From NCBI GenBank assembly GCA_044225505.1, contig JBGAIN010000001.1, positions 19,642 to 83,641 of the forward strand: a stretch of DNA of 64,000 nucleotides, written 5' to 3'. This stretch comes from Limisphaerales bacterium (GTDB taxonomy: Bacteria; Verrucomicrobiota; Verrucomicrobiia; Limisphaerales; SIBE01). Made by a program: the position numbers and the translations under genes. This document shows positions 12,001 through 21,966 of this stretch, piece by piece; the stretch's first letter is position 1; the number at the start of each line of letters is the position of its first letter. The notes below the pieces were generated by a model. That model had not been told where the DNA came from. It saw only the letters and a list, made by a program, of their open reading frames with translations, and ran no database searches.

Positions 12001-12650
12001 ATCTGGCCCCTGAATCAGCCGTCGGGTCGGTCTCTGGTGCGGAGTTTGAGAGCTGGGGGCTCGGTTGGGATCAGAAGGTCGGCGCTAGCACCTATTTTGG
12101 CGTCTCATGGGAGGAGCTTCGTTCCGAGGCCCAGCGCAGGCTCGGAACAATCGACTTTGCGGCGAATCAATCTGTGTCGAGCACGCTGCAACAGCTTGAC
12201 TACCATGAGCGCAATTTTGTCGCTTACGCGAACCAACTCATCGGCGATCGACTCTCGACGGGGGCACGTTATCGGCTGACAGACTCGGAACTCACGCTCG
12301 GCCTGCCTGAAATCCCTGCCTCGGTGTTGGTGAAGAACCCGCGATCTCAATCGGCACTCCTGCATGAATTGACACTCTTCACCGTTTTTCAGGATGCGTC
12401 CGGATTCTTCGCCGAGGCAAATGCAACTTGGCGTGCACAGTCCAACGACGGCTACTCGCCAGCTTTGAACGGCGATGATTTTTGGCAATTCAACGTTTTT
12501 GCGGGCTACCGGTCTAATCGGCGGCGGGCAGAATTGAGAATCGGGCTCATAAATGTGACCGATCAGGATTACCAGCTCAACCCGCTCACGCCTTACCCCG
12601 AGGCCTATCGCGACCGGACGCTTGTCCTTAGTTTCAAGTTCAACCTGTGA
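9042..12650 (+). CDS. FecR-like domain + TPR repeats + TonB-dependent-receptor-like outer membrane beta-barrel protein
   Basis: N-terminal hydrophobic segment, FecR-like VRTRERSRA...RGTE...VSVLEGEA, TPR-like helices (ALEIDPRLGDAWLGLG), amphipathic beta strands and a terminal LVLSFKFNL barrel-type end. Confidence 0.8.
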   Translation: MTSQRTAFGVSLFATRELQSVLCYAIALVTMAGISLALAVPTGDASGPTVHLQEVVGTVEIHPPDAADWNGVNPRFANLPLAPGSGVRTRERSRAALRVNVTAYYLRQNSTLRLESKLNAAGRPVVFLETGSFFLANRERVSELEIHTAAVEIRPRGTELAIDISADGTTTVSVLEGEADLVTSQTPGGFLIKAGQQGQVRPGQAPIKTPIVASYAQVQWILHYAAILDLRELPLPVEAVIALDRSLAHFREGALLDAWTEYPPDRLPNSPAEAVYYSGLLFAFGEIKEAEARLRSVVMSKDTPTMVQHLARAHLQLMAAVTRQPFALAETPDTATQWLARSYEAQSQLDLARALAAARRAVEISPDFGFGLARVAELELGRGDVAATRVAIDRSLAVSPRNPPALTVRGFLLAANNLTKDALASFNQALEIDPRLGDAWLGLGLCHWRQGDLALARQSFVAAATSEPQRALLRSYLGKAFYELGDDRRALKEFRLAKEMDANDPTAWLYSALTLRQDNRINEAIQDLELSVELNKNRGIYRSQLMLDGDRAVRGANLARIYEDNGMLNRSVQEAARAVAADPANASAHLFLANSYNALRDLRQINLRYETPWLSEYLLANLLAPVGVGLLSQQVSQQEYSRLFDRDRLGLSSSTEYFSAGDWRQEATHFGVFGGTSYAIESSYRSHSGRRPNEDFDQLTVSAMAKQQLTLQDSIYLQGVYYDAHSGDVAQYFDPASAHLQLRTHESQEPILIAGYHREWQPGVHTLVLASRFQDTLRLTDPEHAILVRGRTREGVLSHIQQSELDPNIAPPVAPLDYQTELEGYSIELQQLWQRDLNSITLGGRLQSGTFDTSSRLGASTPTLLANASSVSGGAVHTAPIVQDIGNDFNRASFYAYDHWRPFQPLVLVGGVSYETLTQPNNFRFTPLTSGEFSNDRVSPKLGAIWSPWLGSSLRAAYSRGLGGVSFDQSFRLEPVQIAGFTQTFRNLAPESAVGSVSGAEFESWGLGWDQKVGASTYFGVSWEELRSEAQRRLGTIDFAANQSVSSTLQQLDYHERNFVAYANQLIGDRLSTGARYRLTDSELTLGLPEIPASVLVKNPRSQSALLHELTLFTVFQDASGFFAEANATWRAQSNDGYSPALNGDDFWQFNVFAGYRSNRRRAELRIGLINVTDQDYQLNPLTPYPEAYRDRTLVLSFKFNL

Positions 12651-12695
12651 ACATTCTTTGCTGTTTTCAGAAAGCCCTTCTGACCAATCATAAAT

Positions 12696-15600
12696 CTATT
12701 TCTTTAGCGTCCGGTAGAACCGAAGGGGCCGGCCGGTTGCGGCCTCGGTCTCAAGATACTCCAAATCGCCGGTCGTGATGTTCGTCACCGAGATCACGCC
12801 CCAGTCCAAAAAGTTTTCCGTGGCTTCAATCTGATACCGACCTGCTGGCACGCGGCGACGGAATGAAAATCGCCCGTCTTTCAGCGCTGGAATCGTCGGT
12901 CCCGCGGCCGGATCGACCGCCGGCTCCAATCTCCAATTGATCTTAATGATGCCCGTGGCGCCGCGGACGCCATCGGCTTTCACTAGGTATTGCTGGCCTT
13001 TAAGCACCGGAATCTTCAACTGGCTGCGCACGCCATCAGGCGCCTCGTTGTCGTCGCAGCCCAGCACCGCTCCGAAGTCGTCGTCCGCGATTACAATCAG
13101 CAGGGTGTCAATGGCGCTGCCAATCGTGTCCACCACTAGAAACCCATCGTCCTGAGGACGAATGTCCATCCACTGGGAAGCGCCCCCAAGCACACACCGA
13201 ATTGGTTCCTTGGGTTCTGTGGTGGAACCGTAGTTGTTCAACACCTGCGTCCCTGGCAAACCGGCCACCGGCGAGACAAAGCTATTCGGCTCACGCTGCC
13301 GGTGTGATTGCAGGCCCAAGCCGCCCGGGCGCGCCGGATCAAGACGCAAGTCGCGCAGCTTGTCGGTAGCATGCGCCCGTGGATCCAGACCCAGTTGCAA
13401 CGATGCGGACCAACTATCCACGCTCTGACCTTGGACATTGCTCACGCGCGCAAAATATAATCCGGTCTGTTCGTCTTGCGCGTTCGGAACTCGCAACGTA
13501 GCGGCCGTGGCTCCAGTCAGCGCCTGTCCATTGAAGAACCACTGGTAAGTCAAGCCTGCGCCTTCCACCGTCACGCTGAAGATGGCGTCGCTGCCCGGTG
13601 CGACCGTCAGGCTCTGCGGTTGCCGGTCTCTGGTGATCACGGGCAGGACTTGCGGCGTAACTTCTAAATCCCAGCTCAAGGCCACATCCCCGTTGGCGCC
13701 AAAGTAGCCATCGACGGCAATCTGATAGTCGGTTCCCGCCACTGCGTTGAATCGCACCAGGCTCGTCAGAAACCCACCCCGATCTTCATCGCTGGCTACT
13801 TCGGTAAGCTTGTTGACGGCATCTCCGGTGTAAACGGCCAGCAACGTGTCAAAACTGCTGCCTGCGGTGGTGAAAGTGACGATGCCGCTGGCCGGGGCCT
13901 TCCAGGTAAGCCAGACCGATTTGCTTCCCGGCTTACCGCCGTGCGGCGGCTCTCCGGCTTCGGCCACCGCTTCGGCATTGTTTCCTTTGCCAGCCCCGCT
14001 CGTTCCCGCGATGCTGCCGCGCAGGGCAAACTGGTCGTTGAACGGCAGTGGGGACAGGAGCATGGTGAGTTGCGCTGGTTCGCTCTCTACGATTCCAGCG
14101 TCGTTTGACACGACAACCGTGTAACTGCCGCCGTCGCTCAAGCGTGCAGCGGGAATGGTGTAGGTTGCGTTGGAAGCCCCTTCCAGATTTACTCCGTTTT
14201 TGCGCCACTGATAAGCCAAGGGCAGGGCGCCTGTGGCTTCCACGTCGAGAGTCACCTGGCTTCCAGGGAGGGCCGATCGATCCGCAGGCTGTCGTTTGAT
14301 CCGAACCGGGAGGTTGGTGGCGTTTCCTGTCGCCTCAAGGCGCAGTTCCGTCGCTGATAAATTAACCTGCAACGTTACCTCTGGGCTTGAGGGCAAGCCG
14401 TTCAGGGTGGTAAAATTGCCGCCTCGGCTGCCGAACTTCATGACTGTGTAGACATCACCCGGATAAGGTTGGAATGACTGGGTCCACCCGACTGCCAGGG
14501 CGCCGTTCAATGTCGCTTTTCCTGTAACCACAAACTGGTCAAAATCCACGCCGGGATTAAGGCCGCCGATATCCACCAGCAAGCTTCCAGAACTGGATTG
14601 TTCGTAATTACCGCGGATGGTGAGGCTCCCAAGCGGATCGCCGGGCATTAGAGCCCCTGCGCTTATCAAAGTGCCAGCGTCAAGGTCGAGCGTCCCAGAG
14701 CCGCCCAGGATTCCATTGGAGCGATTCTCCAAAGACCCTCCGGAAAGCGACACCGTGCCGCCGTCCGTGAAGAATCGTCCCGAGTTGATAAATTTGCCCG
14801 AAAGCTGGCGGCCGCCGCCACTGCCGGCGTTGATCTGGAGGGTGCCCTGGTTGAAGAGTGTGTTCCCACTGCTGACTGATAGGTTGGCGTTCCAGGTGCC
14901 TTCAATGGATTCCAGTTTGATCGTCCCTTGGTTGGTCGCGTTGCCCTGAATCGTCACGCTGGCGTTTCTCCCGTCGTTTTGTCCACGCACCCATAGCGTT
15001 TGCGCCGGAGCCAGAATTCCCGCTCAAGGTTGTGGGGATGCTGGTAGCAGGCCAGGTTATCGCCACGAAGTTCGCGGCCCCGGTTGACCCTGGGCCAACG
15101 TTCAATGTCGCTGAGGCCAGAATGACAGCGCCGTTCACCGTCCCACCATTGAAATTGAAGGTGCCGCCTTGCATTTCGAAAGCGCTGTCAGAGGGCACAT
15201 CGATGACACCGGCGGTCTGCGCCAAGGCGACGTTATTCAAAATAGTGCGCTGGCCGTTCCCCAACGCGATCCGCCCCGTGTTGGTAATGCGCCCGTCGAT
15301 CTGGCGGCCGCCGCCGCTGCCAGCGTTGATCTGGAGGGTGCCCTGGTTGACGAGTGTGTTCCCACTGCTGACCGATAGGTTGGCGTTCCAGGTGCCTTCA
15401 ATGGATTCCAGTTTGATCGTCCCTTGGTTGGTCGCGTTGCCCTGAATCGTCACGCCGGCGCTTCTCCCGTCGTTTTGTCCACGCACCCATAGCGTTTGCG
15501 CCGGAGCCAGAATCCCGCTCAAGGTTGTGGGGATGCTGGTAGCAGGCCAGGTTATCGCCACGAAGTTCGCGGCCCCGGTTGACCCTGGGCCAACGTTCAA

Positions 15601-16496
15601 TGTCGCTGAGGCCAGAATGACAGCGCCGTTCACCGTCCCACCATTGAAATTGAAGGTGCCGCCTTGCATTTCGAAAGCGCTGTCAGAGGGCACATCGATG
15701 ACACCGGCGGTCTGCGCCAAGGCGACGTTATTCAAAATAGTGCGCTGGCCGTTCCCCAACGCGATCCGCCCCGTGTTGGTAATGCGCCCGTCGATCTGGC
15801 GGCCGCCGCCGCTGCCAGCGTTGATCTGGAGGGTGCCCTGGTTGACGAGTGTGTTCCCACTGCTGACCGATAGGTTGGCGTTCCAGGTGCCTTCAATGGA
15901 TTCCAGTTTGATCGTCCCCTGGTTGGTCGCGTTGCCCTGAATCGTCACGCTGGCGTTTCTCCCGTCGTTTTGTCCACGCACCCATAGCGTTTGCGCCGGA
16001 GCCAGAATCCCGCTCAAGGTTGTGGGGATGCTGGTAGCAAACAGGTTATCGCCACGAAGTTCGCGGCCCCGGTTGACCCTGGGCCAATGTTCAATGTCGC
16101 TGGCCAGAATGACAGCGCCGTTCACCGTCCCACCATTGAAATTGAAGGTGCCGCCAAACATTGTGAAATCTTCAACTGTATCAAGTATCCCTCCCGACAG
16201 ATTCACGCGCCCGTTGCTTTGCGACGTCTTTAGACGCACGCTGCCTCCTCAAGGTTAACGTGGCATCATTTCTCAGACTTCGGAGGATAAACGCACCTGC
16301 AGCGACTCGAATGGTTCGATTCGCCGCGGAGACTATGGTCACATCGTCGTCTGCCGTCGGGACTTTTTTAGCATCCCAGTTTGCGGCATCACCAAAGGAG
16401 CTACCGTCGCCGACGCCAGTCCAGAAACGACGCCCCAGGCGACTGAAGCCCACTCATGAGGTAGATGAACAGAATCAAGCCCAACGGGTATCTCAT
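12696..16496 (-). pseudogene. Large secreted surface protein (autotransporter-passenger-like beta-helical repeats, Ig-like domains, PPC-like domains, C-terminal FYR tail) broken by several indels; real pseudogene or sequencing error
   Basis: Signal peptide MRYPLGLILFIYLMSGLQSPGA from ATG 16496; coding continues across frame changes near 16425, 16250, 16040/16100 (compensating) and 15017 into ORFs 16181-16453, 14902-16239 and 12696-14990. Ig motifs YQWRKNG...DGGSYTVVVSN and YQWFFNG. Confidence 0.8.
14805..16155. repeat. Intragenic tandem repeat, 495-bp (165-aa) unit, about 2.7 near-identical copies
   Basis: Same sequence recurs at 15032, 15527 and 16022; shadow ORFs 15032 and 15527 are identical. 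Confidence 0.95.
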
Positions 16497-16607
16497 AGAT
16501 TTGGAGCGACCGTGAATGGTTGGTGGATTCTGAGGAAGAAATCAAATCGAAGATGAAGTTCGGCTTTTATTGTTGATTAAAACAGCAAACTCCCGCTCGG
16601 ACCAAAG

Positions 16608-19600
16608 CTACCTCTCTTTCTCGCTGCGGATTTCGAGAAGAGCCGCTCGGGCGTCGGGTTGTGTCGGTTCGATGAGAACGGCACGCTGCAGCAAAACTTC
16701 GATCTCGGCGCGCGGCGGTGTTGACTCGTCTGCGCCTGACGAGAGCCAAAGGCGGGCGAGGCGGGCGATCACCCTGGAGTTGGTTGGCGCGAGTCCAGCG
16801 GCTTCGCGCAGACTTGTCACCGACGCATCGTCGGAAAGGCTCGCGATGTAGCCCGAGATCGTCAGGTCCGCGCCAGGGCTGATCGGGCGATTGCCCCGGT
16901 CAGCGAAGAACCAATGCGCCCAATTTGAGTAGAGGTCACTCCCCCGATGATTTTCGAAATGCGTACGCAGTTGCAGGAGCTTGAGTTCGTTCGTCGAGGC
17001 AAATTGATTGCCCCCCAGAGCGACGGCTCCTGCAACGGCTTCGGCCAGGGCAGGGAGCCATGCAGGAACGACGTTGGTCGGCCTCACCAGTGGCCAGATG
17101 CGAGGCACGGCTTCCATGCACGTTGTGACGAGCCAGCGACCGTCCGGGCTGAGCCGCGCGGTTTGGACAAACTCCTCCTGCCGAAGCGCGTCCACGAGGA
17201 CTTCATGGGTCTCGGCATCCCAGATCCGAATCACGTTTTCGCCTTGTCCTTCAAGATCGCCGATGCCTGTGACAATCCAGCGGCCGGACGAATCGAACTC
17301 GGCAAAACGCACTAGAGCCCGATGACTGAGCGGCGGCCGTAATTCAAGGCCTGAACGCGCTTCCCAAATGCGGACTTTGCCATCGTCGCTGCCGGTCAAA
17401 ACGCGATCACCGTTCGGACTCCACCGAGCTGTGGTGAGGGTCGCATCGAGTCGCATGGGACGGTTGAAGCGCACTTTCTGTGAGAGACGGTCGCGCAACT
17501 CAACCGCCGTCCCGTTCGTCTGCGCATGGAGCCGCCAGCGGCCATCGGGTGAGTCTTCGCTAGAACCGATCCATCCGTTGGTATTAACGGACGACAGCAC
17601 GACTTCCATGGCAGCGTGAGGATTCCAAGCCTTGACCACCCCATCATCCGATTCCGTCAAAACGCGTTCTCCATCCCCAGTGAACCACGCCGAGATCGCG
17701 TTAGTCCCGGCTGCTCGTAACGCAACGCTTCGAGCCGCGCCGAGACGGACGTCCCAGACGCGAGCGGCTCGGTCTGCGCAGGACGTGACGAGAAACTGGC
17801 CATCCGAGGTGAAGCGTGCCGATAGTACTCCGGCTGGATGAGCCATCCGTTCAGTCAAAGCGACGCCGGACGCAGCGTCCCAAAGGCGCGCCGAACCATC
17901 CTCGGATCCGGTCGCAAACGCGAGACCGTCAGGACTAAACACGACTGAATTGATTGACCCACCGAGAACCGAGACTTCTCTCAGTAGCTTTCCCAACCTG
18001 GTATCCCAAATCCGTAACATCGAATCCTCCGCCACGGTGATGACCCGCTCACCGCCCGGGCTGATGGCTTGAGCAGCGATGCGCCGGGGGTGCGAAAGGC
18101 GTTGGGACCGGTTCGTTTCTCGGGCACCGTCGAGACGGTGCACCCAGGCAAAGCTGCCGTTGCCTACCGCAAGCATCACCCGATGATGCGGATCCAAGAA
18201 GACCCCCCCTAAGGGCTCGCCGAATTGATCTTCCAGAAAAGCGTTTGTTCCCTCGGCTGTGAATAATCGCGCGCCGCCATCCAGGCACGCCGTCGCAAAG
18301 ACCGCTTCTCGGCCGACGGCGACCGCGAGTGCTTGGCGGGAGCCGAGCGCTTGAGGATGCGTCATACTGCGCAATAGTTGACCGGTGCGGCTCCAGACGC
18401 AGGCCAGCTTGTCGCCACTCACCGTGATAAACTCTAGGTCATCCGCAGCGAACTCGGCTGCAGTCACCTCATCGCCGTGGCGCATTCGCAGCGGTTCCCT
18501 GTTTCCGGAAAGATCCATCCAAACGGCGGAATGGTCTGAGGAAGCCGAAACGATGGACTGACCATCGCGACTAAAGCGCAATGATCGTACGGCTGCTTGA
18601 TGGCGAAACCCGGGCTGCGTTTCGCCTGTGCGCCAATGCCAGATACGAACACGCCCGTCGCTTTCACCAATGGCGATCCCATCGTCACGCGGACTCACGT
18701 CCAGAGCGGTGATGGCATTGGCACACGCCATCGGCGTGGCGGCAGGAAGGGCAAAATTGCCATGAGTCAGCGTTGACAAGAGTCGCTGAGCGCTGGCCAG
18801 GTTTTTCGGATGTTCGCGAAGCTCCAGCGCGAGCCATGCCAGGGCCTGGCCCGTCTCGCCTCTGCCGAATGCTTGCTCCGCTGCTCCGGCGGGACGTCGC
18901 GCTGCCTGCTCGGCGCTCCGCCAGTTCTTCCACGCCAGTGCAACCGCCACCACGCTGACCGCAACTACTCCGGTGCTGGCGAAGACGGAGGGGTAGCGGC
19001 GGCACTTGCGCCACACCCTCTGCGCAGCCGTGTCCGGCCGTGCTTCGATTGCTTCGCCGTTTTGGAATCGACGCAAATCCTCAGAAAGGGTGCGGGCCGA
19101 GCTGTAGCGCGCCGAGGGGGACTTTTGCAAACACTTGAGGCAAATCGTTTCCAGGTCCCGAGGCACCTTGGGATTTAGCCGGCGGGGGGCAGGAGGATCG
19201 CAGTCACCGATCTGCCGGAGCGTTTCAGGAACGGTACTTCCCAAGAAGGGTGGCCGACCGGTAAGCAGATGATACAAGATCGCGCCGATGGAAAAAATAT
19301 CACTGGCAGGTCCGATGCCTTCGCGGCGTGCCTCGGCTTGCTCGGGAGGCATATAGTTGGGTGAGCCGAGTGCCTGACCACTCAGCGTGAGATCGGCGGT
19401 GTCGTCGATCCGTTTAGCCAGCCCGAAGTCTGTCACCCGAGGGCGGTCGAAAGCGTCGAGCAAAATATTGGAAGGCTTCAGGTCCCGGTGGAGCACGCCC
19501 CGGGAGTGCGCGTAGTGAATCGCGTCGGCGATGGCTTCGACATACCGCGCAGCCACCCGTGGAGCAACGGCGCCTCGCCGCACAAGAGCGGCGAGATCCT

Positions 19601-20066
19601 TGCCTTCGACCAGTTCCATGGAGAAGAAATGCTGCCCATCCTCCTCCGCCACCTCATGGATTGCGACGATGCCAGGATGCTGAAGTGTCGAGGCCGCGCG
19701 TGCTTCGATTTGAAATCGCTCGATCGATTCGCCATGCGCAAACGCTCCGGCCACCATCAGCTTCACCGCCACCATCCGGTCGAGGCCAACCTGCCGTGCC
19801 CGGAAGACCACGCCCATGCCGCCGCGTGCGATTTCCTCGATCAACTCGTAATCACCGATGCGGCGCGGGCCTTTGCGGAGTGGGGGAGCGGCAGAATCGG
19901 CGTCAGCGGCTGTCGTCTTGCCTGCGGCGTCCAAACGTCCCGTGCTGGTCTTCTCAGGTGCGAATAGCCCAGCGCCGAGCTTGACCAGGCAGCGCGTGCA
20001 TAGTCCCCGTGTGGCGTGGCTCGATAATATTGCACCACATTGGGGACATCGACTTTCGGAGTCCAT
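16608..20066 (-). CDS. Ser/Thr protein kinase with N-terminal zinc ribbon, TM helix and WD40 repeats
   Basis: CPQC...CTRC; IARGGMGVVF, HRDLKPSN, DFGLAK, GSPNYMPPEQ; many WD40 blades (FSPDGLAFATGSEDGSARLWD). Confidence 0.95.
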   Translation of the reverse strand: MDSESRCPQCGAILSSHATRGLCTRCLVKLGAGLFAPEKTSTGRLDAAGKTTAADADSAAPPLRKGPRRIGDYELIEEIARGGMGVVFRARQVGLDRMVAVKLMVAGAFAHGESIERFQIEARAASTLQHPGIVAIHEVAEEDGQHFFSMELVEGKDLAALVRRGAVAPRVAARYVEAIADAIHYAHSRGVLHRDLKPSNILLDAFDRPRVTDFGLAKRIDDTADLTLSGQALGSPNYMPPEQAEARREGIGPASDIFSIGAILYHLLTGRPPFLGSTVPETLRQIGDCDPPAPRRLNPKVPRDLETICLKCLQKSPSARYSSARTLSEDLRRFQNGEAIEARPDTAAQRVWRKCRRYPSVFASTGVVAVSVVAVALAWKNWRSAEQAARRPAGAAEQAFGRGETGQALAWLALELREHPKNLASAQRLLSTLTHGNFALPAATPMACANAITALDVSPRDDGIAIGESDGRVRIWHWRTGETQPGFRHQAAVRSLRFSRDGQSIVSASSDHSAVWMDLSGNREPLRMRHGDEVTAAEFAADDLEFITVSGDKLACVWSRTGQLLRSMTHPQALGSRQALAVAVGREAVFATACLDGGARLFTAEGTNAFLEDQFGEPLGGVFLDPHHRVMLAVGNGSFAWVHRLDGARETNRSQRLSHPRRIAAQAISPGGERVITVAEDSMLRIWDTRLGKLLREVSVLGGSINSVVFSPDGLAFATGSEDGSARLWDAASGVALTERMAHPAGVLSARFTSDGQFLVTSCADRAARVWDVRLGAARSVALRAAGTNAISAWFTGDGERVLTESDDGVVKAWNPHAAMEVVLSSVNTNGWIGSSEDSPDGRWRLHAQTNGTAVELRDRLSQKVRFNRPMRLDATLTTARWSPNGDRVLTGSDDGKVRIWEARSGLELRPPLSHRALVRFAEFDSSGRWIVTGIGDLEGQGENVIRIWDAETHEVLVDALRQEEFVQTARLSPDGRWLVTTCMEAVPRIWPLVRPTNVVPAWLPALAEAVAGAVALGGNQFASTNELKLLQLRTHFENHRGSDLYSNWAHWFFADRGNRPISPGADLTISGYIASLSDDASVTSLREAAGLAPTNSRVIARLARLWLSSGADESTPPRAEIEVLLQRAVLIEPTQPDARAALLEIRSEKER

Positions 20067-20313
20067 GAATAGACGGAATTGAGAGGTCTGGTATTGCCGC
20101 GCCGAACCATATCAAGTGCGCGCCGTTTGGAAACATTTTATTGCCTCAACACGGCCGTCTCGACGGATGCAACATCGTTCGAACGATTCTGGAGGGGACA
20201 ACCGTGGCCAAATCGACGCTTCGCTCGCTGTGCGGGACCGCATCCCAAAAAAGCAAAATGGCGCGGACCGGACGATCCGCGCCTGCTTGCATTTGTCCGC
20301 TTGGCGGCATTGT

Positions 20314-20784
20314 TTAGCGCGCTCCTATTGGAACACTTCGCGAAAAGTCGTATGGCCACGTGCTCGTGTGCACATAGGCTCGCACCTCGCGCCACCCTGA
20401 GCTGACCGGACAGGCGACCACTTCCGAAAATGGCAGCCACACATTCTGGAACCCACCCGTCCAGGCGGATGGGATGGAATCCGGCGCGATGTATCCCCAG
20501 TAAGCGAATTCCCCACCCGGGCTTGGAAAAAACGTGACCCGGAGAGGTTCGCCTCGCGATACCCGATCGGTGTAGTAACAGCGCTGGACCGGATCAAATT
20601 GAATCCGGCCCCCGGTATTGCTTCCGGGCCGGATGTCAATCCAGCCGGCGGCCGAGTATGCGGCGACCTTGCATTCCATCTTGATAGTCGCCGCATGCGT
20701 GACATGGGAGAGAATGGCCATTCCGAGCGCGGCAACGACGAGCGGTTTGCGAACGTTCCGGACGATGAGGTTAAGAAGATTCAT
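20314..20784 (-). CDS. Small secreted hypothetical protein
   Basis: Signal-peptide-like MNLLNLIVRNVRKPLVVAALGMAILSHVTHA; co-oriented between ECF and kinase; preceded by the ECF promoter-like motif. Confidence 0.65.
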   Translation of the reverse strand: MNLLNLIVRNVRKPLVVAALGMAILSHVTHAATIKMECKVAAYSAAGWIDIRPGSNTGGRIQFDPVQRCYYTDRVSRGEPLRVTFFPSPGGEFAYWGYIAPDSIPSAWTGGFQNVWLPFSEVVACPVSSGWREVRAYVHTSTWPYDFSRSVPIGAR

Positions 20785-20865
20785 TGGATGTTTGTGCTGG
20801 TATTTTGTTCTTGTTTCACGCGATTCCCTCGGCGTCTTTGCCGAATTCATCGCGTCTACCGAGAA

Positions 20866-20892
20866 CAACGGAGGCCGCGGCGGAAAGTTACC
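20866..20892 (-). promoter_or_regulatory. Putative ECF promoter GGTAAC-N15-CCGTTG
   Basis: Lies just after the ECF stop codon, same position as the 2253-2279 motif relative to its ECF. Confidence 0.6.
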
Positions 20893-20911
20893 CGAATGGT
20901 ATGGAAGAAGT

Positions 20912-21688
20912 TCAGGCCTCGAGCACGCTCAGAAGATAGCGCACTTCGTCGTCAAATTCGTCAGGACTCGACAAGGTCTCGGCGACTTGGGCTCGGAAAG
21001 TCCGTTCGAAGTCCAACCGTAGCCGCCGGACAATCTGCTTTATTGCGCCTTCGCTCTTGCCGAGGCGCTGCCCGATCTCCTCGTACCCCGCGTCATTGGT
21101 TTTCAAGACGCACGGCAGGAAAAGCGTGAATGCTTCCGCCGTCGGAACGGTGAACTCCTGTTCCTTTCGCGCAGAAACAAATTCGCGCTCCATTTGCTGG
21201 AAAACGAGCTCGATGGTCGCGGTGACAAACTCGCGTTCAAAGGCTTTCGCGGCGTCGCGCTGGTCAGCCGGATCAAGTCCAGGGCCGCCGTCGTCACTTT
21301 CCGCATCCAGGGAGAGTGCTGTTTGGCCGCCGCCGCGTTTCCTGGCATTTCGCTTGTCCAGGTAATCCAGCAAAACATGCTGCGCTGACTTCAGCAGCCA
21401 GGAACGGAACTTCCCTCCCTCTCGGCGGATGTTCGTCAAAAAGTCGCGCTGCAGCATCGTCTCGAAGAAAATCGCGGTCAGATCTTCCGCATCATGGGAA
21501 TTGCGCAAAGCGCGCTCGAAATAGCTTCTGATTGGGTTCCAGTAGATGCGGCACAGCTGGTTTAACGCCTCCTGGGCCTTTTCCGGCGAGTTGCTGGCAG
21601 CCGTCAGCACCATCGTCCACATCGTCGTGACAAAGATCCTCGGTTCAGACGCAGAACCCGCCTCCCGCTCTGGATCATGCTCGCCCAT
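20912..21688 (-). CDS. ECF sigma-70 factor (FxTTxW type), paralog of 2292-3029
   Basis: FVTTMWTMV, YWNPIRSY, HDAEDLT, GGKFRSWLL, YEEIGQRLGKSEGAIKQIVRRLR; start placed at MGEHDP. Confidence 0.92.
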   Translation of the reverse strand: MGEHDPEREAGSASEPRIFVTTMWTMVLTAASNSPEKAQEALNQLCRIYWNPIRSYFERALRNSHDAEDLTAIFFETMLQRDFLTNIRREGGKFRSWLLKSAQHVLLDYLDKRNARKRGGGQTALSLDAESDDGGPGLDPADQRDAAKAFEREFVTATIELVFQQMEREFVSARKEQEFTVPTAEAFTLFLPCVLKTNDAGYEEIGQRLGKSEGAIKQIVRRLRLDFERTFRAQVAETLSSPDEFDDEVRYLLSVLEA

Positions 21689-21799
21689 TTCGGCCGGAGA
21701 ATAATCTTTCGAATCTGCCCAGCAAGCAGAGACTGCAATCCAGGGGAGGGGGGAGTCTAAATCCACCACCGTTCTTCTACCGTATTCTTCAGATGGCTC

Positions 21800-21826
21800 G
21801 GTAACCTTTCTGTTTGGCCTCCGTGG
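21800..21826 (+). promoter_or_regulatory. Putative ECF promoter GGTAAC-N15-CCGTGG
   Basis: Divergent from the ECF gene, about 140 nt upstream of the delta-60 repeat gene. Confidence 0.6.
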
Positions 21827-21966
21827 AAGACGGTATGAGCCCGGCTCGATCAAAGAACTCGCTGGTTGGTGTGACACCTCGGTCCTATGGCCGAGGCACC
21901 GCTTGCACGGTGCAACCCCTTGCACCGCCTGAGTCAAATCAAAAGAGTCCAGCTCAACCTCCTTCT

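Noticed and set aside
14805-16155. Repeats as a CRISPR array or a diversity-generating retroelement template/variable pair
   Set aside because: Units are 495-bp coding repeats without spacers; differences are mostly indels rather than adenine-specific substitutions; no cas or reverse transcriptase gene is present.
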